A stretch of 64,000 bases of DNA from Gallionella sp. (GTDB lineage Bacteria; Pseudomonadota; Gammaproteobacteria; Burkholderiales; Gallionellaceae). Of this stretch, positions 55,974 through 64,000 are shown one piece after another. Under the pieces are notes generated by a model that ran no database searches, had not been told where the DNA came from, and worked only from the letters and a program-made list of their open reading frames with translations. Position numbers and translations under genes: made by a program. The stretch spans positions 18,205 through 82,204 of the forward strand of contig JBGARW010000001.1 in NCBI GenBank assembly GCA_044230015.1. The letters are read 5' to 3'. Position 1 is the stretch's first letter. Each line of letters starts with the position of its first letter.

Positions 55974-56464
55974 TGTCGCACACCGCCTTCATCGGGCTGG
56001 GCAGCAATCTGGAAGACCCGCACGGCCAGCTGCAGCGCGCCTTCGCCGAGCTTGGCAGCCTGCCGGACACGCGCCTCGTCGCCCGTTCTTCGCTGTACCG
56101 CAGCGCGCCGCTGGGCTATCCGGACCAACCGGAGTTCGTGAACGCGGTGGCGGAAGTCGCCACGGCGCTGACCCCGCAGGACCTGTTGCAAGCGCTGCTG
56201 CAGATCGAGCGCAAGCACGGCCGCGAGCGCACCTTTCGCAATGCGCCGCGCACCCTGGACCTGGATGTGCTGCTGTATGACGATGTGCAGATGCATGAGT
56301 ACGGTCTGACCATCCCGCACCCGCAGATGCACTTGCGCGCCTTCGTGCTGCAACCGCTGCTGGAGATCGCGCCGGATGTCGGCATACCCGGCATAGGTCA
56401 GGCCGAGATGGTCTTCAGGAGATGCCGGGATCAGGTGTTGGAGGCCATCGCCGATGCTGCTTGA
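55973..56464 (+). CDS. folK: 2-amino-4-hydroxy-6-hydroxymethyldihydropteridine diphosphokinase
   Basis: Start at MSHTAFIGLGSNL overlaps the pcnB stop (TAATG). It has the motif RTLDLDVLLYDD. Confidence 0.93.
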   Translation: MSHTAFIGLGSNLEDPHGQLQRAFAELGSLPDTRLVARSSLYRSAPLGYPDQPEFVNAVAEVATALTPQDLLQALLQIERKHGRERTFRNAPRTLDLDVLLYDDVQMHEYGLTIPHPQMHLRAFVLQPLLEIAPDVGIPGIGQAEMVFRRCRDQVLEAIADAA

Positions 56465-57098
56465 TAGATGTCGCTATGTGGTCATAGAAGGGCCGATTGG
56501 CGCAGGCAAGACGAGTCTGGCGCGCCGCTTCGCCGAGCATGCCGGCGCGGTGGCGCTGCTGGAAAGGCCCGACGAGAACCCCTTTCTTGCCCGGTTCTAC
56601 CGGGACCCGCAGCGCCACGCGCTGGCGACGCAACTGTTCTTCCTGTTCCAGCGCGGCAACGAAGTGCGCGACCTGGCGCAGATGGATATGTTCAGCTCGA
56701 ATACCGTGGCGGATTTCCTGTTCGACAAGGACCCGCTGTTCGCGCGGCTCAACCTGAGCGACGCGGAGTTCGCGCTGTACCAGCAGATCTACCGCACCCT
56801 GCAATTGCAGGCTCCCGTGCCGGACCTGGTGATATACCTGCAGGCCGCGCCGGAAACGCTGGCGGAGCGCGTGCGCCGCCGTGCCAAGCCTTACGAACAG
56901 GCCATCTCGGATGATTATCTGTCGCGCGTGGCACAAGGCTACAGCGATTTCTTCTATCATTACGACGCGGCCCCGGTGCTGACGGTGAACACCGAACGCC
57001 TGAACTTCGGCGAGGATGCCGGGGATTTCGCCCTGCTGCTGCAACGCATCGGGGAGATGCGCGGGCCGCGCGAATTCTTCAGCCGGGGGCAGGATTGA
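56454..57098 (+). CDS. deoxynucleoside kinase family protein
   Basis: 214 aa with the P-loop [12 protein letters not shown] and an (E/D)R motif region. It lies between folK and panB. Confidence 0.85.
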   Translation: MLLDRCRYVVIEGPIGAGKTSLARRFAEHAGAVALLERPDENPFLARFYRDPQRHALATQLFFLFQRGNEVRDLAQMDMFSSNTVADFLFDKDPLFARLNLSDAEFALYQQIYRTLQLQAPVPDLVIYLQAAPETLAERVRRRAKPYEQAISDDYLSRVAQGYSDFFYHYDAAPVLTVNTERLNFGEDAGDFALLLQRIGEMRGPREFFSRGQD

Positions 57099-57112
57099 AA
57101 CAGGGGGCTTTG

Positions 57113-57904
57113 ATGAGAACAACGCTAACCACACTGCAAGCGATGCGCGGCAAGGACGAGAAGATCGCCGTGCTGACCTGCTATGACGCGAGCTTTGCCG
57201 CGCTGCTCGAGGCGCAGGGCGTGGACGCGCTACTGGTCGGCGACTCGCTCGGCATGGTGCTGCAGGGGCACGAGACCACGCTGCCGGTGACGCTGGACGA
57301 GATGGCCTACCACACCGCCTGTGTGGCGCGCGGTGCTGCGCAGGCGTTCATCATCGCCGACATGCCGTTCGGCACCTTCCAGGTCAGCCCGCAGGAGACT
57401 TTTGCGCATGCCGCGCGGCTGATGGCGGCGGGCGCGCAGATGGTCAAGCTGGAAGGCGGCGCGGCGATGGCCGGGACGGTGGAGTTCCTGACCGGGCGCG
57501 GCATCCCGGTGTGCGGGCATATCGGCCTGACGCCGCAATCGGTGCACCAGATGGGCGGCTATCGCGTGCAGGGCAGGGAGCCTGCCGTGGCGCAGCGGTT
57601 GCTGCAGGATGCGGTGGCGCTGGAGCAGGCCGGCGCGGGGATGCTGGTGCTGGAGACCATGCCCGCGCTGCTGGCGGCGGAGATCACCGCGCAACTGGCC
57701 ATACCCACCATCGGCATCGGCGCGGGCGCGGCCTGTTCCGGCCAGGTGCTGGTGCTGTACGACATGCTGGACATCTACCCGGGCAAGAAGGCGCGCTTCG
57801 CGAAGAACTTCCTGCAGGGCGCGGACAGCATCGCGGCGGCGGTGAAGAGCTACGTCACCGAGGTCAGGAACGGCAGCTTCCCGGCGCCGGAACACGGTTT
57901 TTGA
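57113..57904 (+). CDS. panB: 3-methyl-2-oxobutanoate hydroxymethyltransferase
   Basis: ATG at 57113 gives [25 protein letters not shown]. The motifs GDSLGMV and KLEGG are present. Confidence 0.94.
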   Translation: MRTTLTTLQAMRGKDEKIAVLTCYDASFAALLEAQGVDALLVGDSLGMVLQGHETTLPVTLDEMAYHTACVARGAAQAFIIADMPFGTFQVSPQETFAHAARLMAAGAQMVKLEGGAAMAGTVEFLTGRGIPVCGHIGLTPQSVHQMGGYRVQGREPAVAQRLLQDAVALEQAGAGMLVLETMPALLAAEITAQLAIPTIGIGAGAACSGQVLVLYDMLDIYPGKKARFAKNFLQGADSIAAAVKSYVTEVRNGSFPAPEHGF

Positions 57905-58746
57905 TGCAGGTCATCCAGACCATCGCCGAACTGCGCGCCCGGCTGGGCACCGAACATGCCGTCGCCTTCGTGCCGACCATGGGCAACCTGCATGAAGGCC
58001 ATCTTGAACTGGTGAGGCTGGCGCGCGGGCAGGGCAGCTGCGTGGTGGTGAGCATCTTCGTCAATCCGCTGCAATTCGGGCCGAACGAGGATTTCGACCG
58101 CTATCCGCGCACCCTGGAGGCGGATTGCGCCCAACTGCAAAGTCTGGCAGACGTGGTGTTCGCGCCTTCGGCCAGCGAGATGTATCCCGCACGGCAGACC
58201 GTGTATGTCGAACCGCCGCCGGTCGCCGGCGAGCTGTGCGGCGCGTCGCGCCCCGGTCATTTCCGCGGCATGGCGACCGTGGTGCTGAAGCTGCTCAACA
58301 TCGTGCAGCCGCAGGTCGCGCTGTTCGGCAAGAAGGACTACCAGCAACTGCACATCATCCGCCGCATGGTTTCCGAGTTGAACCTGCCGCTGCGCATCAT
58401 CGGCGGCGAGACGGTGCGCGCGGCGGACGGCCTGGCGCTGAGTTCGCGCAACCAGTACCTGAACGCGGGCGAGCGCGGCGAGGCGGCTTTCCTGTACCGC
58501 ACGCTGCAAGGGATGGGGCAGGCCATCCTGCAAGGCGGGCGCGATTTTGAACGATTACAGGAACGGGCGGTCGAAGCCCTTGCCGCAAGGGGCTGGGAGG
58601 TGGATTACGTGGCGGTGCGCAACCAGTCCGACTTGTTGCCGGCCAACCCCGTACAAGGCGATCCGGTCCAGCGCGAACTGGTGATCCTGGCGGCGGCACG
58701 GCTGGGCAGAACCCGCCTGCTGGACAACCTGGAAGTTGTTATATAA
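57904..58746 (+). CDS. panC: pantoate--beta-alanine ligase
   Basis: Start at [11 protein letters not shown] overlaps the panB stop (TGATG). It has the motif [11 protein letters not shown]. Confidence 0.95.
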   Translation: MQVIQTIAELRARLGTEHAVAFVPTMGNLHEGHLELVRLARGQGSCVVVSIFVNPLQFGPNEDFDRYPRTLEADCAQLQSLADVVFAPSASEMYPARQTVYVEPPPVAGELCGASRPGHFRGMATVVLKLLNIVQPQVALFGKKDYQQLHIIRRMVSELNLPLRIIGGETVRAADGLALSSRNQYLNAGERGEAAFLYRTLQGMGQAILQGGRDFERLQERAVEALAARGWEVDYVAVRNQSDLLPANPVQGDPVQRELVILAAARLGRTRLLDNLEVVI

Positions 58747-58777
58747 TCCGCGCCCTGTTCGAAAGGGAAGTACCACA

Positions 58778-59158
58778 ATGCAAAGAACCATGCTCAAATC
58801 CAAACTGCACCGGGTGCATGTCACGCACTCCGAACTGCATTACGAGGGCTCCTGCGCGATCGACGACGATCTGTTGGATGCCGCAGACATCCGCGAATAC
58901 CAGCAGATCGACATCTACAACGTCACCAACGGCGAGCGTTTCACCACCTACGCGATCCGCGCGCAGCGCGGCTCCGGCGTGATCTCGGTGAACGGCGCGG
59001 CCGCGCACAAGGCCAACCCGGGCGATATCCTGATCATCGCCAGCTACGCCATGTACAACGAGCTGGAACTGCAGAAATTCCACCCGCAGCTCGTCTACGT
59101 GGACGAGCACAACCGCATCATCGCGCAACGCGACCGGATCGCCGTGCAGGCGGCCTAA
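58778..59158 (+). CDS. panD: aspartate 1-decarboxylase
   Basis: 126 aa beginning [16 protein letters not shown], with the YEGSCAID Gly-Ser self-processing site. Confidence 0.95.
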   Translation: MQRTMLKSKLHRVHVTHSELHYEGSCAIDDDLLDAADIREYQQIDIYNVTNGERFTTYAIRAQRGSGVISVNGAAAHKANPGDILIIASYAMYNELELQKFHPQLVYVDEHNRIIAQRDRIAVQAA

Positions 59159-59189
59159 CCTGACCGGGCGGGCATCGTGAAGCTGCGCG

Positions 59190-59574
59190 ATCTCCGCCTT
59201 TCCACGCGCATCACCCTCGGTGCCCTGGCCGTTTCAAGCATACCGACGTGGCCATGTACTAGGCCAAGGCGGCGGGGCGCAACGTCATCCGCTTCTTCGA
59301 TCCGCAGATGCGGGCCGTGCTGGAGAATGTCGATGACACCATCGCCAAGATGCGCGAAATAAGACTGCTCGGCGTGAGCTTCTCGATGGACGACTTCGGC
59401 ACCGGCAATTCTTCGCTGCAATACCTGAAGCGCCTGCCGCTGGACCAGCTCAAGATCGACTGTTCCTTCGTGCTCGACATCACCAGCGACCCCAACGATG
59501 CCGCCATCGTCCAGGCCATCATCACGATGACGGGCGCGGCAAGGCACGATCCCTGTCGATCCCATGAGGCATAA
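59190..59574 (+). pseudogene. decayed remnant of a GGDEF-EAL signalling gene
   Basis: The reading FKHTDVAMY*AKAAGRNVIRFFDPQM has an in-frame TAG where the conserved YQAK Gln belongs, and there is a frameshift just upstream. It then jumps straight to the mid-EAL segment LGVSFSMDDFGTGNSSLQYLKRLPLDQLKIDCSFV...AIVQAII and stops. Most of the GGDEF domain, the first EAL half and the EAL C-terminus are missing. Confidence 0.8.
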
Positions 59575-59687
59575 CTTGCGCGGAGCCATGCCTCAGATCT
59601 TCCCGGTCGTTGCCCGGGGCTTTTGTTTCGTTGACCGTTGTCCCGTTCGCAGGTAGCATTGTGCACCTTAATTACTCGGGATTAATC

Positions 59688-60446
59688 GTGGTACGCCGTA
59701 AACTGGTCGCTGGAAACTGGAAGATGAACGGCGGACTGGCCGAGAATGCTGCGCTGCTGGATGCAGTGCGCGGCGGCATGGAGCAGATCCAGGGTGTCGA
59801 TTGCGCGGTATGCGTGCCATTCCCCTATTTGTCGCAGGCGCAGCAGAAGCTGTCCGGCAGCAACGTGAGATGGGGCGCGCAGGATGTGCATCAGCTGGAC
59901 AAGGGCGCCTATACCGGCGAGGTGTGCGCCGCGATGTTGCGCGATTTCGGCTGCAGTCATGTGATCGTCGGGCATTCGGAGCGGCGCGCCTACTATAACG
60001 AGAGCAGCCATCTGGTGGCCGAGAAGTTCCTCGCGGCACAGCGCGCCGGGATTACGCCGGTTCTGTGCGTCGGGGAGACGCTGGAGCAGCGCGAGAACGG
60101 CGCCACCGAGGAGGTGGTTGCCGGACAACTGGATGCGCTGATCCAGCTGGGCGGGGTGCGGGCGTTGGGCGATGCGGTGGTAGCCTACGAGCCGGTATGG
60201 GCGATCGGCACCGGCAAGACCGCAACCTCCGCGCAGGCACAGGCGGTGCATGCGTTCATCCGCGGGCGCGTGGCATCCCATGATGGTCAGATCGCTGCGG
60301 AGTTGTGTATACTCTATGGCGGTAGCGTGAAGGCGAACAATGCGGCGGAGCTGTTTGCGATGCCGGATATCGATGGCGGATTGATCGGCGGGGCTTCCCT
60401 GGTGGCTGACGAGTTTCTGGCGATCTGTCGCGCCGGTCAGGTTTGA
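59688..60446 (+). CDS. tpiA: triosephosphate isomerase
   Basis: A GTG start at 59688 gives VVRRKLVAGNWKMNG. The motifs GHSERR and AYEPVWAIGTG are present. The start choice is tentative. Confidence 0.93.
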   Translation: MVRRKLVAGNWKMNGGLAENAALLDAVRGGMEQIQGVDCAVCVPFPYLSQAQQKLSGSNVRWGAQDVHQLDKGAYTGEVCAAMLRDFGCSHVIVGHSERRAYYNESSHLVAEKFLAAQRAGITPVLCVGETLEQRENGATEEVVAGQLDALIQLGGVRALGDAVVAYEPVWAIGTGKTATSAQAQAVHAFIRGRVASHDGQIAAELCILYGGSVKANNAAELFAMPDIDGGLIGGASLVADEFLAICRAGQV

Positions 60447-60464
60447 TTTTTTCTTTGGTTCAGT

Positions 60465-60824
60465 ATGCAGGAGCAGGGTGTGGAGACATTGGTTTGGGTA
60501 GTGCATGTTCTGACGGCGGTGGTGCTGATCGGCCTGGTGCTGATGCAGCACGGCAAGGGCGCCGACATGGGGGCGGCGTTCGGTTCCGGTTCGGCCGGCA
60601 GCCTGTTCGGCTCGAGCGGCTCCGCGAACTTTCTCAGCCGCAGCACGGCGGTCGCCGCGACGCTGTTCTTCATCACCAGTCTGTCGCTGACTTATATTTA
60701 TTCCCATCCCGCGCAGCAGCAGGGGGTGATGGACAGGGTTGCCCCGGCAGCCACCCAGACGGCCCCGGCCGCTTCCGCGGATAACGCTCCAGACGATTCA
60801 AAATCCAGGGATATTCCGAAATAA
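60465..60824 (+). CDS. secG: preprotein translocase subunit SecG
   Basis: 119 aa with two TM segments and a Gly-rich loop GADMGAAFGSGSAGSLFGSSG. The tpiA-secG-tRNALeu order is conserved. Confidence 0.92.
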   Translation: MQEQGVETLVWVVHVLTAVVLIGLVLMQHGKGADMGAAFGSGSAGSLFGSSGSANFLSRSTAVAATLFFITSLSLTYIYSHPAQQQGVMDRVAPAATQTAPAASADNAPDDSKSRDIPK

Positions 60825-60839
60825 TCCCGCAGTTGCATT

Positions 60840-60924
60840 GCCGATGTGGTGAAATTGGTAGACACGCTATCTTGAGGGGGTAGTGGCGAAAGCCGTAGCA
60901 GTTCGAGTCTGCTCATCGGCACCA
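60840..60924 (+). tRNA. tRNA-Leu (anticodon GAG)
   Basis: Acceptor GCCGATG/CATCGGC, anticodon arm CTATC-TT-GAG-GG-GGTAG, a long variable arm, T arm AGCAG-TTCGAGT-CTGCT, and an encoded CCA. Confidence 0.92.
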
Positions 60925-61013
60925 GACAGGCTGGCGCGGTTGCGCCGGCAAAAAACATAAAAAGTGATTCCGGGTATGTCAATGGATCACGACAAGCATG
61001 AGGGGAAAGCTAG

Positions 61014-61370
61014 ATGTTGGAAAATTATTTTCCGGTGCTGCTGTTCATCTGTGTCGGCATCGCGATGGGCGTGGCTCCCGTGGTGCTGGGCAAACTGGTA
61101 TCACCCAGCCGTCCCGACAGCGAGAAGCTCTCTCCCTACGAGTGCGGTTTCGAGGCATTCGAGGATGCGCGCATGAAGTTCGACGTGCGTTATTACCTGG
61201 TCGCCATCCTGTTCATCCTGTTCGATCTTGAGATCGCCTTCCTCTTCCCCTGGGCGGTCGTGCTCAAGGAGATCGGCACCTTCGGCTTTGTTTCCATGAT
61301 GATCTTTCTGGCCATCCTCGTGGTTGGCTTTATCTACGAATGGATGAAGGGGGCGTTAGAGTGGGAATAG
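61014..61370 (+). CDS. nuoA: NADH-quinone oxidoreductase subunit A
   Basis: 118 aa with 3 TM segments and the motif [20 protein letters not shown]. Confidence 0.95.
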   Translation: MLENYFPVLLFICVGIAMGVAPVVLGKLVSPSRPDSEKLSPYECGFEAFEDARMKFDVRYYLVAILFILFDLEIAFLFPWAVVLKEIGTFGFVSMMIFLAILVVGFIYEWMKGALEWE

Positions 61371-61837
61371 AGGGAGTTCTGGAAAAGAGCGTCGTCACCA
61401 CGACACTCGACACCATCATCAATTACACCCGCACCGGATCGCTGTGGCCGATGACTTTCGGGCTGGCCTGTTGCGCCGTGGAAATGATGCACGCCGGTGC
61501 GGCACGCTACGATCTGGATCGTTTCGGCATCGTGTTCCGTCCCAGCCCGCGCCAGTCGGACGTGATGGTGGTGGCGGGGACGCTGTGCAACAAGATGGCG
61601 CCGGCGTTGCGCAAGGTGTACGACCAGATGGCCGAGCCGCGCTGGGTGATCTCGATGGGTTCCTGCGCCAACGGCGGCGGTTATTACCACTATTCCTATT
61701 CGGTGGTGCGCGGCTGCGACCGCATCGTGCCGGTGGACGTGTATGTGCCGGGCTGCCCGCCGACGGCCGAGGCGCTGCTGTATGGCATCATACAGTTGCA
61801 GAACAAGATCAAACGAACCAATACCATTGCGCGTTAG
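61361..61837 (+). CDS. nuoB: NADH-quinone oxidoreductase subunit B
   Basis: A GTG at 61361 overlaps the nuoA end. N2 cluster ligands are seen in [18 protein letters not shown] and GCPP. The start is tentative. Confidence 0.94.
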   Translation: MGIEGVLEKSVVTTTLDTIINYTRTGSLWPMTFGLACCAVEMMHAGAARYDLDRFGIVFRPSPRQSDVMVVAGTLCNKMAPALRKVYDQMAEPRWVISMGSCANGGGYYHYSYSVVRGCDRIVPVDVYVPGCPPTAEALLYGIIQLQNKIKRTNTIAR

Positions 61838-61846
61838 GGTTGAACT

Positions 61847-62437
61847 ATGGCTGCTGATTTGAGCGCGTTGCGTACCACCCTGGCGGACCTGCTTGGCGAC
61901 AGGCTGGCCGGCATGGAGGAAAGACTGGGCGAACTGACCGTGGAGGTCAGGGCGGCCGGGATGCCGGACACGCTGGCGCGCCTGCGCGACGCGGCGGGTT
62001 TCGGGCAGATGATCGACCTGTGCGGCGTGGATTACTCCGCTTACGGTGATGGCGCTTGGGAAGGCAAGCGGTTCGCTGTCGTCTATCACCTGCTGTCGGT
62101 GGCGCACAACATGCGCCTGCGGGTGCGCATCTTTGCCGAGGATGACGATTTCCCGGTGCTGGAATCCGCCACGGAGATCTGGTCTTGCGCCAACTGGTAT
62201 GAGCGCGAGGCTTTCGACCTGTATGGCATCGTGTTCACCGGGCATCCCGACCTGCGCCGCATCCTGACCGATTATGGATTTGTCGGCAACCCGTTCCGCA
62301 AGGACTTCCCGCTGTCCGGCCACGTGGAGATGCGCTACGACCCGGAGCAGCGGCGCGTCGTGTACCAGCCGGTGTCGATCGAGCCGCGCGAGGTGACGCC
62401 GCGCATCATCCGTGAAGAGAACTACGGTCGCGTTTGA
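61847..62437 (+). CDS. nuoC: NADH-quinone oxidoreductase subunit C
   Basis: 196 aa with the motifs [31 protein letters not shown] and [10 protein letters not shown]. Confidence 0.95.
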   Translation: MAADLSALRTTLADLLGDRLAGMEERLGELTVEVRAAGMPDTLARLRDAAGFGQMIDLCGVDYSAYGDGAWEGKRFAVVYHLLSVAHNMRLRVRIFAEDDDFPVLESATEIWSCANWYEREAFDLYGIVFTGHPDLRRILTDYGFVGNPFRKDFPLSGHVEMRYDPEQRRVVYQPVSIEPREVTPRIIREENYGRV

Positions 62438-62447
62438 GGATAAAGAC

Positions 62448-62573
62448 ATGGCGGAGATCAAGAATTACACGATGAACTTTAGTTGCGGCCGCCCTGCGGG
62501 CTTAACTTGCCTGCGCAAGTTAGCCTTCACTGAAATTCATGGTGAACGCGCACTGAACCTGGTGTCGAGATAG
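62448..62573 (+). other. 41-codon uORF made of a duplicated nuoD start (11 codons) fused to a 101-nt structured insert
   Basis: GAGGA-N7-ATG at 62448. The translation is [41 protein letters not shown], ending at TAG (62571-62573), 8 nt before the genuine nuoD ATG. A hairpin TAACTTGC-CTGC-GCAAGTTA lies at 62503-62522. Confidence 0.7.
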
Positions 62574-62581
62574 GCGGAGTT

Positions 62582-63835
62582 ATGGCGGAAATAAAAAACT
62601 ACACCATGAATTTTGGGCCGCAGCACCCCTCCGCGCACGGCGTGCTGCGCCTGGTGCTGGAGCTGGACGGCGAGGTCATCGAACGCGCCGATCCGCATAT
62701 CGGCCTGCTGCACCGTGCCACCGAGAAGCTGGCCGAGCACAAGACCTTCCTGCAGACACTGCCCTACATGGACCGGCTCGACTACGTCTCGATGATGAGC
62801 AACGAGCACGCCTACGTGATGGCGGTCGAGAAGCTGGCGGGCATCGAGGTGCCGCTGCGCGCGCAGTACATCCGCGTGATGTACGACGAGATCACCCGCA
62901 TCCTGAACCACCTGCTGTGGCTGGGCGCGCACGGGCTGGACATCGGCGCGATGACCGTGTTCCTGTACTGTTTCCGCGAGCGCGAAGACCTGATGGACGC
63001 CTACGAGGCGGTATCCGGCGCGCGCCTGCATGCGGCCTATTACCGTCCGGGCGGCGTGTACCGCGACCTGCCGGACAGCATGCCGCAATACCAGGCATCG
63101 AAGATCCACAATGCCGCAGCGGTGAAGAAGCTCAACGAGAACCGCCAGGGCTCGCTGCTCGATTTTCTGGAGGATTTCACCGATCGTTTCCCCGCTTACG
63201 TCGATGAATATGAGACGCTGCTGACCGACAACCGCATCTGGAAACAGCGCACCGTGGGAATCGGTGTGGTCTCGCCGGAGCGTGCCCTGGCGCTGGGCTT
63301 CACCGGCCCGATGCTGCGCGGTTCCGGCGTGGAATGGGATCTGCGCAAGAAACAGCCCTACGAGGTCTACGACCGACTGGATTTCGATATCCCGGTCGGG
63401 AGCAACGGCGACTCCTATGACCGTTATCTGGTGCGCGTCGAGGAGATGAGGCAGAGCAACCGCATCATCAGGCAATGCATCGCCTGGCTGCGCAGCAATC
63501 CGGGCCCGGTGATGACCGACAACTTCAAGTTTGCGCCGCCCAGACGCGAGGCGATGAAGCAGAACATGGAAGAGCTGATCCATCACTTCAAGCTGTTCAG
63601 CGAAGGGATGCATGTGCCGGCCGGCGAAGTCTATGCGGCGGTGGAGCATCCCAAGGGGGAGTTCGGTATCTACCTGGTCTCCGACGGCGCGAACAAGCCG
63701 TATCGCATGAAGATACGTGCGCCGGGTTTCGCCCACATGGCTGCGCTCGACGAGATGGCGCGCGGCCACATGATCGCCGATGTGGTGACCATCATCGGCA
63801 CGCAGGACATAGTTTTTGGTGAAGTTGACCGTTAA
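62582..63835 (+). CDS. nuoD: NADH-quinone oxidoreductase subunit D
   Basis: 417 aa beginning [31 protein letters not shown] and ending with the C-terminus [13 protein letters not shown]. Confidence 0.96.
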   Translation: MAEIKNYTMNFGPQHPSAHGVLRLVLELDGEVIERADPHIGLLHRATEKLAEHKTFLQTLPYMDRLDYVSMMSNEHAYVMAVEKLAGIEVPLRAQYIRVMYDEITRILNHLLWLGAHGLDIGAMTVFLYCFREREDLMDAYEAVSGARLHAAYYRPGGVYRDLPDSMPQYQASKIHNAAAVKKLNENRQGSLLDFLEDFTDRFPAYVDEYETLLTDNRIWKQRTVGIGVVSPERALALGFTGPMLRGSGVEWDLRKKQPYEVYDRLDFDIPVGSNGDSYDRYLVRVEEMRQSNRIIRQCIAWLRSNPGPVMTDNFKFAPPRREAMKQNMEELIHHFKLFSEGMHVPAGEVYAAVEHPKGEFGIYLVSDGANKPYRMKIRAPGFAHMAALDEMARGHMIADVVTIIGTQDIVFGEVDR

Positions 63836-63846
63836 GGGTGTCATAA

Positions 63847-64000
63847 ATGCTATCCGAACAAATTCAGGCCAGGGTCGACCGCGAGCTGAAGAAGTATCCG
63901 GCGGACCAGAAGCAGTCCGCGGTGATGGCCGCGCTGCGTTTCGTGCAGGACGAGAAGGGCTGGATCTCCACCGAGGACATGGCGGATGTCGCGGCCTACC
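63847..64000 (+). CDS. nuoE: NADH-quinone oxidoreductase subunit E, N-terminal fragment (continues past the window)
   Basis: The ATG at 63847 gives MLSEQIQARVDRELKKYPADQKQSAVMAALRFVQDEKGWIS. It follows nuoD. Confidence 0.88.
   Translation, partial: MLSEQIQARVDRELKKYPADQKQSAVMAALRFVQDEKGWISTEDMADVAAY

Overview
This is a GC-rich, densely coding chromosomal window. Its gene order looks betaproteobacterial: ilvIHC-psd-pssA-leuA, queA-tgt-yajC-secDF, pcnB-folK-dNK-panBCD and tpiA-secG-tRNALeu-nuoABCDE. That assignment is an inference and no database search was possible. Most of the window is core housekeeping (amino-acid, nucleotide, folate, pantothenate and isoprenoid synthesis, Sec translocon, complex I) plus two tRNA-Leu genes. 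I saw no IS element, integrase, prophage or CRISPR array.

The region that stands out runs from about 26.9 to 48 kb. It is an unusually large phosphate-limitation neighbourhood:
- pstSCAB, a porin, a hemerythrin and olsBA (ornithine lipid).
- An EAL-CBS-GGDDF signalling gene.
- An embedded arsRCDA-acr3 arsenic operon.
- phoU, separated from pstB.
- A Zn-phospholipase-C / PAP2 phosphatase / GT4 glycosyltransferase / long pyruvate-kinase-like / dgkA set.

Six promoters in this region carry 11-bp-phased C(T/C)(G/T)TCA(T/C) heptamers that look like PhoB boxes.

The most unusual single structure is at the nuoC-nuoD junction. The first 11 codons of nuoD are present twice and differ only by six synonymous changes. 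The copies flank a 101-nt hairpin-containing insert, which creates a 41-codon uORF.

Other points of interest:
- A GTGAAAN heptad inverted array fills the ilvC-psd spacer.
- A candidate Leu-rich leader peptide lies before leuA.
- There is an exported two-module pentapeptide-repeat protein.
- ppa, pfp and hppA form a pyrophosphate-economy cluster.
- A decayed GGDEF-EAL pseudogene sits between panD and tpiA.
- A short relic duplication lies at the pstB 3' end.

Many long ORFs in the supplied track are antisense or out-of-frame shadows typical of GC-rich DNA, and I did not call them.
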